From an uncultured Planctomycetales bacterium (GTDB taxonomy: Bacteria > Omnitrophota > Gorgyraeia > Zapsychrales > Aceulaceae): a DNA stretch of 64,000 nt. How positions within the stretch are numbered: position 1 is the stretch's first letter; each line of letters opens with the position of its first letter. Below, piece after piece: positions 36,627 through 45,362 of the stretch. The notes under the pieces are model-generated. The model was not told the DNA's origin and did not search any database. It was given only the letters and a program-made list of their open reading frames with translations. The stretch covers positions 550 to 64,549 of the forward strand of contig CAZYOA010000008.1 of assembly GCA_964648665.1 (NCBI GenBank). Reading direction: 5' to 3'. Position numbers and translations under genes: made by a program.

Positions 36627-38636
36627 TTAAAATTCGAAGCTAACTCCAGAATAAAAACTTCTCCCTTCGGCAGGATAAAACCCTATTTGATCACTGCCAG
36701 AAGAATAAACACCATATGCATCATACATGCGATCAAAAATATTCTTTACGCTAAACCAAAACTTTACATTTTTATACTGATAATCTGCCTTAAAATTAAA
36801 CGTAACATGTGAATTTAATTTTGGCTGATTATTAGCCTGATCACTAATCGCAAAACACTTATCTACATAATCTGCAGAAAACATTGTCGTTAGCTTATCA
36901 AAGATATCGACTGAAATGCCCGCAGAAACAATATTTCTAGGAACAAAAGGAACTTTGTTTCCTGAATACGTTCCTCCCTTAAAGAATGCATCCTGATAAG
37001 TCCAACTAATAAAAGGCTCTAACATTTCCTTGAATAATTTTACTTTAGTACTCGCCTCAAAACCATAATGTCTTGCTTGAGGATCATAATTTGAATTCTT
37101 ATTTGTTAAAGGATCATAATAAATCTCATCAAAAACATCCATTAAGAATATGCTCGCATCAGCCATAAGCCAAGACAAAGAAACATCGCGAATTCCAATT
37201 TCATAATTATGTGATGTTTGATGTTTAAGATCTGCATTTAATCCGCCACCACCACCCCAAGCAGCATAAACATTTTGATAATATTCATCCGTCGCAGGAA
37301 GTCGAAACGATCTAGAATAATCAAAATAAACTTGAGAACGATCATTATACTTATATCCCAAACCAAAATTGAAAGCTCCTTCTGAAATTGATCTTGTATC
37401 TTTATTAACAGACACAGATTTCTGATCAAAGTCGTAAAAAGCCCACGTTGCACGTCCACCAAAGCTGGTTAAGAATTTTTCATTAAATTCTATATTCTCT
37501 AAGCCATAAAGACCAAACGTTTGCTTTTTAATATCTACAAAATCTTGTGCAGAACTTTGATTTCCGCTTCGAATATTATCTTTAGAGTCAAAAAAATCAA
37601 AACCCAAAGTTGTGTTATTCTTAATGCCATCTGTTACCTCTGATTTAAATTGAACTTTAGGTCTAACTTCAAACGAATTAATTTGATGAAGTGTTTCATA
37701 GCGTCCCCAGGAGGAAACAGACAAAGACTTATTGTCTCTTTTGCGATAAGAAAACCCAGAAGAAAATTCTACCTCAGTATCTTTTATCAAGAAATCAACC
37801 TTCGGCGTCATGTTTACAAAGAAATCAGAAGTCCACCCTTTATCGTCTGGATACTTTGTTCCCTTGCGCCCAACAGAAGAAACATCTGATGCAAAAAGAG
37901 CTCCAGGCATTCCATAGCGATCTTTGTGATATCCAGAGGAAAATCCTAAAGAAACTTTTTCTGCAATTGAAATATCAAAATTCCCTAAATAATCATTAGA
38001 CCAATAATCATTATTCGCACGATAGCCCGATGATTGCTGATGAGTGTAATTAAAGAAGTAATCCAAATCTTTAATCGTTGCACCCATCGATAAAAAAGAC
38101 TTCATATGCTGATAACTTCCTATTTCTGTTCCTATTCGAAACGGAGACTTAGAATCCTGATATCCTTTCTTGGTAATAATATTGACCACGCCAGCTGATG
38201 CATTATCTCCATAAAGAACAGTTGACGGACCTTTAAGAATTTCAATACGTTCTACAGAATCAAGGTTAATTTGCCCCCAATCCGCACCTGACAGGTCCAC
38301 TTGATTTGTTCTTCTTCCATCAACCAGAACAAGAATATTCATTTTACTTGTTTCACCAAATCCTCGAATATCGATATTGACACCTTTTGGATTACCAAGA
38401 TAATCTGCGACAAAAATGCCTCCCTGTGACTTCATAGCCTCAGGGATTGATGTTGCTGTTGAACGCTCAATATCTTCTCGAGTAATCACAGAAACATCTC
38501 GCATAAGATTTAAAACATTAACATTACTTCGACTCGCTAAAACATTGATCTCTCCTAAATCAAGATAATCATCTGCCGAAACAACATTTGAAACAAATAA
38601 GCACATCCCTATCAAAAAAATAATCTTTTTTTTCAT
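36627..38636 (-). CDS. btuB: TonB-dependent outer-membrane receptor, probably cobalamin/corrinoid uptake (BtuB-like)
   Basis: Signal peptide, plug domain (IEILKGPSTVLYGDNASAGVVNIITKKG), long beta-barrel ending GVSFEF. Preceded by a cobalamin riboswitch. Confidence 0.8.
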   Translation of the reverse strand: MKKKIIFLIGMCLFVSNVVSADDYLDLGEINVLASRSNVNVLNLMRDVSVITREDIERSTATSIPEAMKSQGGIFVADYLGNPKGVNIDIRGFGETSKMNILVLVDGRRTNQVDLSGADWGQINLDSVERIEILKGPSTVLYGDNASAGVVNIITKKGYQDSKSPFRIGTEIGSYQHMKSFLSMGATIKDLDYFFNYTHQQSSGYRANNDYWSNDYLGNFDISIAEKVSLGFSSGYHKDRYGMPGALFASDVSSVGRKGTKYPDDKGWTSDFFVNMTPKVDFLIKDTEVEFSSGFSYRKRDNKSLSVSSWGRYETLHQINSFEVRPKVQFKSEVTDGIKNNTTLGFDFFDSKDNIRSGNQSSAQDFVDIKKQTFGLYGLENIEFNEKFLTSFGGRATWAFYDFDQKSVSVNKDTRSISEGAFNFGLGYKYNDRSQVYFDYSRSFRLPATDEYYQNVYAAWGGGGGLNADLKHQTSHNYEIGIRDVSLSWLMADASIFLMDVFDEIYYDPLTNKNSNYDPQARHYGFEASTKVKLFKEMLEPFISWTYQDAFFKGGTYSGNKVPFVPRNIVSAGISVDIFDKLTTMFSADYVDKCFAISDQANNQPKLNSHVTFNFKADYQYKNVKFWFSVKNIFDRMYDAYGVYSSGSDQIGFYPAEGRSFYSGVSFEF

Positions 38637-38653
38637 TCTTATCCTTTCTATCT

Positions 38654-38690
38654 AAATAAAAAACTCCCAACCGAAAAATCAGCTGGGAGT
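38654..38690 (-). terminator. Intrinsic terminator forming the expression platform of the cobalamin riboswitch
   Basis: Minus strand ACTCCCAGC-TGATTTTTCG-GTTGGGAGT followed by TTTTTTATTT, about 20 nt before the RBS (AAAGGA) of the receptor gene. Confidence 0.6.
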
Positions 38691-38760
38691 GCATCCTCGA
38701 AACTATAGCCCTCAACAATTATTTATATGTTGTCCTAAGCGCAACATACAAAATATATAA

Positions 38761-38872
38761 CTTTAGGAAGGCATTCTGGCTTCTAGAAATTTTCTAGTTA
38801 CAGCAGCGGGACTGCATCTGATTTACACAGATTTTCCCTTTTAAGCTCTCAATTTCTTAAGAGCACCTAAAG
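38761..38872 (-). promoter_or_regulatory. Cobalamin (B12) riboswitch aptamer
   Basis: Minus strand: CTTTAGG (P1 5' side) ...AAAAGGGAAAATCTGTGTAAATCAGATGCAGTCCCGCTGCTGTAA... CTAGAAAATTTCTAG hairpin ... AAGCCAGAATGCC (B12-box-like) ...CCTAAAG (P1 3' side). This matches the conserved AGGGAA / GUG-AAAUC / CCCGCnnCUGUAA / GCCAnnnnnnGCC core of the cobalamin riboswitch class. Confidence 0.75.
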
Positions 38873-38882
38873 ATTAAGAATT

Positions 38883-39380
38883 TTAAAGAACGTGTGCAAA
38901 ACGAGTTTGCTTTATTCGCTTTGCAATCAATTCGTAAGCACCAAAAAATAAAACACTATAAACAACTGTGCTTATCAACGTCGCTCTGAAGAATGGAATC
39001 GCAAGCGTAAAGCACATCGATAACCCTTTAAGTGTCATAGGATAATACCCTGACAACCAAAACCCAAAATTTGTGATGACAAAGAATAAAAACGCAGAAG
39101 TTATCCCTGAAAAAGCAATATTTCTAAAACTTTTTTTATTGCGAACCCAAATACCAAGAGCAGAAATCAAAATAAGACTTCCCCATGTAAACATAATGAC
39201 TGGATGAATTCCTAAAATAACATCTGTTGCCATCATCAAAAAAACAGGAAAAAGCATCGCATACTTCTTTTTAAAATAAACACCGCCAAAAAGAACCAAT
39301 GCAATCACCGGGGTAAAATTAGCCGGATGAACAAGCAGCCTCATCAAAACACCAACTATTAATAATCCAAATACCAACAT
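38883..39380 (-). CDS. Small polytopic membrane protein, DUF6580-like putative transporter component
   Basis: 165 aa, 5 TM helices. N-terminal RLLVHPANFTPVIALVLFGG resembles the HPxNFTP motif I associate with DUF6580. Assignment from memory only. Confidence 0.45.
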   Translation of the reverse strand: MLVFGLLIVGVLMRLLVHPANFTPVIALVLFGGVYFKKKYAMLFPVFLMMATDVILGIHPVIMFTWGSLILISALGIWVRNKKSFRNIAFSGITSAFLFFVITNFGFWLSGYYPMTLKGLSMCFTLAIPFFRATLISTVVYSVLFFGAYELIAKRIKQTRFAHVL

Positions 39381-39460
39381 TCATCTACTCCTTTTTTAAA
39401 TTTGATTCATTATAATCATGATTTCTTAAAAAACCAACAAAATATTTTTCTTAAATATGT

Positions 39461-40171
39461 CTATGAAGGAATCAACCACTCAACCTCTCTTAACAACTCT
39501 TCAATCTTAAAAGGCTTTGTCATATACTTCTGCGCTCCAACAACTTTTCCAACAAGACGATCAGCATCATCCTGAAGAGCTGTTAACATAATGATCGGAG
39601 TTGATTCATCTTTACTTTCTCGACGAATCTTTCGACAAACTTCAAATCCATTTAACTTAGGCATCTTTAAATCCAAGATAACTAAATCTGGAGATTCCGT
39701 TAAATATTTCTGATAAGCCTCTTCTCCATCTGAAGCCGTAAAAGTTTCATATCCTGCCTTTTCAAAATGAGCATTCAATAGCGTTACAAGATCTTTTTCA
39801 TCATCAACAATCAAAATTTTCTTTCTTTGATCAGATAAAACAATTGTTTGCTGACAAAAGAAATCAAAAAATTTCTTTTCATCCTCACTGTTCGACTTAA
39901 CAATCTTTACACCTATGCGATAAAGATCAAAATCATCAAGCTTTAACGCCCAAACAACTTTTGTCATTAAGAAAATTTCTTCTTCATCTTTAATCTGAAT
40001 CGCAAGATGAACTTCTTGACCTTTACTAATCTTTAATCCTGAGCGAAAACAAATACCTTCCGGGCTTAAATTAATTGTTGTTGTTTCAAAAAACTCTTCG
40101 GAAATATCAGGCACTTTAAAACGTCCCGAAATATCAATATCTGCTCTTTTATGTTCTCTTTTTTCTGTCAT
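39461..40171 (-). CDS. PilZ domain - receiver domain fusion protein (c-di-GMP-binding response regulator without DNA-binding output)
   Basis: N-terminal PilZ with intact REHKR (RxxxR) and NLSPEG (D/NxSxxG) motifs. C-terminal REC (ILIVDDEKD, DLVILDLKMP, IIMLTA, MTKPF). Confidence 0.8.
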   Translation of the reverse strand: MTEKREHKRADIDISGRFKVPDISEEFFETTTINLSPEGICFRSGLKISKGQEVHLAIQIKDEEEIFLMTKVVWALKLDDFDLYRIGVKIVKSNSEDEKKFFDFFCQQTIVLSDQRKKILIVDDEKDLVTLLNAHFEKAGYETFTASDGEEAYQKYLTESPDLVILDLKMPKLNGFEVCRKIRRESKDESTPIIMLTALQDDADRLVGKVVGAQKYMTKPFKIEELLREVEWLIPS

Positions 40172-40220
40172 TCTCCACCTTCTCTTTTTTAATTTTAAAC
40201 ATCTTTATATCTATACACCA

Positions 40221-43200
40221 TTAAGCTCTAACAACAGGAAACGTAACAAAAAAATTAGATCCGCTTCCAACTTCACTCTCGACACTTATTTTCCCACCAT
40301 GACGTTCCAAAATCATGTAAACAGTGCTCAGCCCCAAGCCTGTTCCTTTGCCCTGTTCTTTTGTCGTATAAAATGGTTCGAAAATCTTTTTCTGAACTTC
40401 CCGAGACATGCCACTACCCGTATCTTGAACCTCGATAACAGCTTCTTTTTCTCCATCTAAAATAGACGTCGTAATAACAATCTCTCCTTTGCTGTCAATA
40501 GAATCTATGGCATTCGCAAATAAATTAAAGAAAATCTGTTCAAGCAAAATTCGGTCTGCCTGAACAATAATTTCCCTAGCAGAAAAATTCATATTAAAAG
40601 AAATATCTTTCCCTTTAAATGTATTTTGAGCAAGAGATATAATACTTTTTAAAGCTTCGTGCAAAGAAACCTCAATAAGTTCAATCTCTGAATATCGAGA
40701 AAAATTTAAAAGATCAACAACAACCTTGTTCGCGCGCTCAGCAGCATCTGTAATCATTTTCAAATGTTTTTTTCCGCCTTCTCCTAATTTCTTAATTTTA
40801 TCCTCTAGAACTCCAGCGCTAAGCAAAATAATCGACAGTGGATTTTTCACTTCATGGGCAACGCCAGCAGAAAGCTGACCAATAGCTGCCATCTTTTCAG
40901 ATTGCAAAAGTTGTTGCTGAGTTTGCTTCAACTGCTTGTGCACTTTTTGCAAATCCAGAAACATGCTTTCAAGCTTTTGTTCCGCTTGTTTTCGTTGCGT
41001 TACATCAGCCCCAATACACAAAACTTCCTTTTGCCCTAAATCATTAACCGTTACTTTATTCGTCCAGGCAACCCACATCTTGCTACCATTTTTTCTTATA
41101 TTTTGATTTTCATTAAGAGCGTACCGATCGGGGTGAATACAGATATCGTCAATCATTCGCTTGAGATCTCGACCAGAATCATCTGTTAGCGGAACAATCG
41201 TTCCAACAACACTTTTCCCGACAATATCATCAATATGATAACCAAAGAATTTCTGTGCAAAATCATTGACGAATACCACATTTCCTTTTTCATCCATACG
41301 TAAAATAATACTATTGGCCCCTTCGACTAAAGCTCTATATTTTTCTTCACTCTTTCGAAGTGCCCGCTCACTCTCTTTGCGCTTTGTAATATCATTCATC
41401 GTTCCAATCATTCGCTCAACAACACCATTTTCATCAGGAAGAAAAACACCATGATCTTCAACATAAATATAATTTTTATTTCTTTGACGAAATCGATACT
41501 CAACTTCATAAGGCTGAAGATTCTTCATTCTTTCATTCAAAACAGTTATCGCTTCCGTTCTGTCATCCGGATGAATATGATCAGTCCATTGCTCTATGCG
41601 AAAATCTCTATACTCCTCAGAAGGATAACCTGTTACTCTTTCAATCGCTCCTGACCAATAAATTCTTCCAGAAACAATATCGTAAGCATAAACAAGCTGA
41701 CCTGTCTGCTCGGACATGATTCGATATCGCTTCTCACTCTCAACCAACTCCTCTTCTGTCTGAATGCGCGCAATAACTCCACCCAAGCGAGAAGCAATAA
41801 CTTCAATTGAATTGCGCGTCAAAAGGGATGTTTCCTTAAAAATATGCGAAGCTAATAAGATAACAGCTACAATTTCTGATCGATCTTCAACAGGAATAAG
41901 AGCAACAGCTCTAAGGCCTTCTTCGCCACAAGCTTTATCCGTAGAAAAATTCATTTCTTCATGCAAACCATAAATGGAATGCCCTGCAAACATATCTCGA
42001 GCTTTTTCTTCATTAAGTTCTAAAGCTTCAATGCTAGATGCAAATTCATAAGTAAAACCTCTATGCACAACCATTTGTGGCTTTTTCTCATTCTTATCAA
42101 TTAAATAAACAGCGCCGCAATCAAACTCCTCGAGCTCTAGCAATGCCCCTAAAAGATCATCAGTAGCATTTTTAAGACTATGTCGAGAAGAAAGCGCAAT
42201 TCCTAAATCTCTTTGAAGAGATATAATTTTTTCATTCTTTCGTCTTTCTGTAACATCTTCACCAGAACTTAAAATACCAAGACATTTTCCATCTGCTGAT
42301 TTAAGCGTCGAATTATTCCAAAGAATATTTCTTTCTTCTCCTCGCTTTGTTAAAATTATATTTTCATAATATCGTAAAAGTTCTGTTTCTCCTGCCATCA
42401 ACCGATTATGCACTTCCTTAACACGACCAACAACCTTTTGAGAAAGAAACATCTCAAACCAGTTTTTTCCTAATATTTCATGCTTCTTGTATCCTAAAAT
42501 TTCACAACCTCGCTCATTGATAAGTATAATATTTCCCTCTTGATCTAACGCAAGCATCATAACTCCTGCAATATCTAAGTATTGGCGAGCCAAATCTTTT
42601 TCCACCCTTAAAGCTTGCTCAACCTTTTTTCGACTCAAGATCTCGCAATTAAGATCATCCCTGCTTGCGGTTACATCTTTTAAGTTTAAAGCCATTTGCC
42701 TAAAAGACTGAGCAAGTTCTCCTAATTCATCTTCAGAATCAACATCAATTTTAGCATTTAGATTTCCGCTTCCAATATCCAATGCTGCATTCTTCAACTT
42801 AAGCAACTGAATAGCAATAGAATCAGAAATTAAAAAACCAATTAAAGCCGATAATCCTATCGAAATTAATGATACTAATAAAATAATTGTTTTAATTCGA
42901 TTAACATCTGAAAAAACTTTTGAACTCTTATAAGAAAGAATAAGAAACCAGCCTAAGCCCTCATACTGATCAAATCCTTTAGATTGCGCATAAGCAATAA
43001 ATCTTTCTTCTTGCTTTTTTTGCTTATCAGCGAAGAAATGAGTTTTATTATTTAAAAATTTCTCAAAATTAAAAGAAGAGTCTTTTAAAAAAGTAGGATC
43101 TGACGAATAGATCAAAGATCCACTCTTTGAGCGCAACTGGAAAACGGGCACAGATACATTTTTACTCGAAAGTCGCAAGGCTTCATCTGTTTCAGCCTGT

Positions 43201-43883
43201 TCAACAGAATTAATAATTCTTACAAACGCATCAAAATTTGCAATTGCTCTTAAAATTCCTAAGAAATTTCCATTTTTATCATTAATGCGCAAGCACAAAT
43301 TAATGCCCGTAATATTTGAGCTTTCATCAAATTTAACATCTTCAACAAAAATTCCTTTTTCTTTAGCTTCCACCCACCAGTGTTCATCAGCCTGATAATA
43401 ATCACTTGTAACTCCCGTTTGCGCAATATTAACCCCATAGCGGTTCGTGACAAAAATCTCGCCAAAAACAGGATACCCGTATTCTCCAGAAAAAAATCTT
43501 AAATGTCTTTTTAAAACTCTAGCAAGAGGATTGTCCGAAAGACTATTTAAGAAATCTTTATCCTGATTGGAATCAACCAATTTCCATCTATCTTCACGAT
43601 CTTGAATATAAGATTTAAGATTATCAATATTTGAAAATTCTTGATTAGAATCTAAAATAACCTGTTGAAGCCTAGGATCAGATAAAGCATCTCGAAATAT
43701 TTGAATTTTATTAAAAATATCTCGATCAATTTTATTTAACGTTGTCTGAGCTAAAACAGCAGAGCTGCGCCCAATATTTTTTTCAAGTGCTTTTTGAGTT
43801 ATCGATGTGGATATATACCCAACCGCCGCAAGAAAAAGAGTGACGACTAAGAAGCTTAAAATTAATTTAATGCCAATTTTCAT
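40221..43883 (-). CDS. Large multi-sensor histidine kinase (TM - Cache-like periplasmic domain - TM - HAMP - PAS - GAF - PAS - PAS - HisKA - HATPase)
   Basis: 1220 aa. HAMP (SEDELGELAQSFRQMALNL), several PAS-like blocks, H-box VAHEVKNPLS, N box NLFANAIDS, G boxes DTGSGM and GTGLGLS. Confidence 0.85.
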   Translation of the reverse strand: MKIGIKLILSFLVVTLFLAAVGYISTSITQKALEKNIGRSSAVLAQTTLNKIDRDIFNKIQIFRDALSDPRLQQVILDSNQEFSNIDNLKSYIQDREDRWKLVDSNQDKDFLNSLSDNPLARVLKRHLRFFSGEYGYPVFGEIFVTNRYGVNIAQTGVTSDYYQADEHWWVEAKEKGIFVEDVKFDESSNITGINLCLRINDKNGNFLGILRAIANFDAFVRIINSVEQAETDEALRLSSKNVSVPVFQLRSKSGSLIYSSDPTFLKDSSFNFEKFLNNKTHFFADKQKKQEERFIAYAQSKGFDQYEGLGWFLILSYKSSKVFSDVNRIKTIILLVSLISIGLSALIGFLISDSIAIQLLKLKNAALDIGSGNLNAKIDVDSEDELGELAQSFRQMALNLKDVTASRDDLNCEILSRKKVEQALRVEKDLARQYLDIAGVMMLALDQEGNIILINERGCEILGYKKHEILGKNWFEMFLSQKVVGRVKEVHNRLMAGETELLRYYENIILTKRGEERNILWNNSTLKSADGKCLGILSSGEDVTERRKNEKIISLQRDLGIALSSRHSLKNATDDLLGALLELEEFDCGAVYLIDKNEKKPQMVVHRGFTYEFASSIEALELNEEKARDMFAGHSIYGLHEEMNFSTDKACGEEGLRAVALIPVEDRSEIVAVILLASHIFKETSLLTRNSIEVIASRLGGVIARIQTEEELVESEKRYRIMSEQTGQLVYAYDIVSGRIYWSGAIERVTGYPSEEYRDFRIEQWTDHIHPDDRTEAITVLNERMKNLQPYEVEYRFRQRNKNYIYVEDHGVFLPDENGVVERMIGTMNDITKRKESERALRKSEEKYRALVEGANSIILRMDEKGNVVFVNDFAQKFFGYHIDDIVGKSVVGTIVPLTDDSGRDLKRMIDDICIHPDRYALNENQNIRKNGSKMWVAWTNKVTVNDLGQKEVLCIGADVTQRKQAEQKLESMFLDLQKVHKQLKQTQQQLLQSEKMAAIGQLSAGVAHEVKNPLSIILLSAGVLEDKIKKLGEGGKKHLKMITDAAERANKVVVDLLNFSRYSEIELIEVSLHEALKSIISLAQNTFKGKDISFNMNFSAREIIVQADRILLEQIFFNLFANAIDSIDSKGEIVITTSILDGEKEAVIEVQDTGSGMSREVQKKIFEPFYTTKEQGKGTGLGLSTVYMILERHGGKISVESEVGSGSNFFVTFPVVRA

Positions 43884-43895
43884 AATATTTTAAAT

Positions 43896-44867
43896 TTAAA
43901 TTTGAATAGCTAGTAAAAAGATACCAACTGCCAGTAAAAAAGAAACACAACTAACGATTAACGCTTTAACTCCTTGAGGAGAAAATATATTCTTAATATT
44001 TGCACTCAACCCAATAGCAGCCATTGCAATGCTCCAAAACAATGTCAAAATTACCTTTAAAACTGGGCGTAAAAATTCAATACCTGGAAAAAATGTAAAG
44101 GCAAGTCCACCCGCCAAGAATCCCCAAAGATACCAAGGAACATGCAACCTACCCTTTGAGAAACTAGCAAACAATGGAACAAGAAATAACAATCCTGTAT
44201 AACGTACAGCTTTTACAGATATTGCAAGATTCGCCATATCAACAGGCAAGCTACGAGCAGCAACCTTAACAAATCCTGTAAACTGCAAAGTGCTTCCAGA
44301 TAAAACCGCATAATCATTATTTGCCATATTAAGATAGCCTTGTAAAAAAGGTAAAATAACAAACAGACCAATAATTCCTGAAATAAATACAGGAACTAAA
44401 CTTATAGAAACTTCATCAGAATCAGCATCAATCGCTTTAGAAGCAATAATAATTGCAGAAGCACCACAAATCGCAGACCCGGTTGTCAAAAGATAACTTA
44501 TTTTTTCTTTAATTTTAAAAAGTGAGGATAAAAATAAAACTGAAATAATATAAACAATGAAAATAAATAAAATTAAAAATATATAATCAGATTTAATTTG
44601 ATGAAAAATTTCAAATTTTAAATTAACACATCCATACAAAACAACTCCAACAGGAATAAATAAAGAAGGTGAAATGCGAATACCAGCACGAAACCGCTGA
44701 GGAATCGGAACAAATGAATTAACCATAATTCCAATTAAAAGCGCAACAAAAAGAGGGTCAAGCAAAGGATTCGCGGTTACACCTCGAATAAAGAAAGCTA
44801 AGCATCCAATTATTAAAGCAAAAAAAATGCCACATCTACTTTCCTTAAGTTGAATGGCTTGTTGCAA
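43896..44867 (-). CDS. YeiH/UPF0324-family integral membrane protein (putative sulfate-exporter-family transporter)
   Basis: About 10 TM helices, GSAICGASAII motif typical of YeiH-like proteins. TTG start with AAAGGGGA upstream. Confidence 0.5.
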   Translation of the reverse strand: MQQAIQLKESRCGIFFALIIGCLAFFIRGVTANPLLDPLFVALLIGIMVNSFVPIPQRFRAGIRISPSLFIPVGVVLYGCVNLKFEIFHQIKSDYIFLILFIFIVYIISVLFLSSLFKIKEKISYLLTTGSAICGASAIIIASKAIDADSDEVSISLVPVFISGIIGLFVILPFLQGYLNMANNDYAVLSGSTLQFTGFVKVAARSLPVDMANLAISVKAVRYTGLLFLVPLFASFSKGRLHVPWYLWGFLAGGLAFTFFPGIEFLRPVLKVILTLFWSIAMAAIGLSANIKNIFSPQGVKALIVSCVSFLLAVGIFLLAIQI

Positions 44868-45105
44868 GCCGATCCCCTTTCTTTAAAAAATTATACAATC
44901 AAAAGATTGTCGATTTGAAGTCAAATCATTATAACGCAAAACCTTACAAACAAAAATGACTTTTTAAAAGAGATTTTTTTCTTAAAATTACAATAATTTC
45001 CATATTTTTGATAAATTTATTTAAAATCAAAGATTTTACTATTGTGTTATAAAGAAAATATGATACAATTCCAGTTAATAAAGCTTTAACGAAAGGAATG
45101 CTATT

Positions 45106-45276
45106 ATGGCTCACAAAATTACAGACAAATGCACAGCATGTGGAACATGTATTTCAGAGTGCCCAGTCGAAGCGATTTCACAAGGCGATCCAATTTACAT
45201 AATTGATGCAGAAAAATGCATTGACTGTGGAGCATGTGTAAGTTCATGCCCTACTGAAGCAATTGTCGCTGAATAA
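45106..45276 (+). CDS. 2x[4Fe-4S] ferredoxin (56 aa)
   Basis: Below the ORF-track cutoff; manual translation: MAHKITDKCTACGTCISECPVEAISQGDPIYIIDAEKCIDCGACVSSCPTEAIVAE. Two CxxCxxCxxxCP motifs, AAAGGAA RBS 7 nt upstream, terminator downstream. Confidence 0.85.
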   Translation: MAHKITDKCTACGTCISECPVEAISQGDPIYIIDAEKCIDCGACVSSCPTEAIVAE

Positions 45277-45302
45277 GAAATCAGTAGCTTTATAAGATGT
45301 TA

Positions 45303-45345
45303 CAAAAAGGCCCTAAAATAATTTTTTAGGGCCTTTTTTATTTTA
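45303..45345. terminator. Bidirectional rho-independent terminator between convergent ferredoxin and phoH genes
   Basis: AAAAAGGCCCTAAAA-TAAT-TTTTAGGGCCTTTTTTATTTT, with A/T runs on both sides. Confidence 0.65.
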
Positions 45346-45362
45346 ATCCTGCCTATTTTAAA

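Noticed and set aside
38577-38637. Apparent one-nucleotide discrepancy in an A-run near 38577-38583: by my manual indexing the receptor ATG falls at 38637, not 38636, which would imply a frameshift
   Set aside because: The supplied ORF track reads through this point (VVSADD), and all flanking coordinates agree with the track. I attribute this to my own miscount of a homopolymer. I do not call a pseudogene, and riboswitch coordinates may be off by 1 nt.
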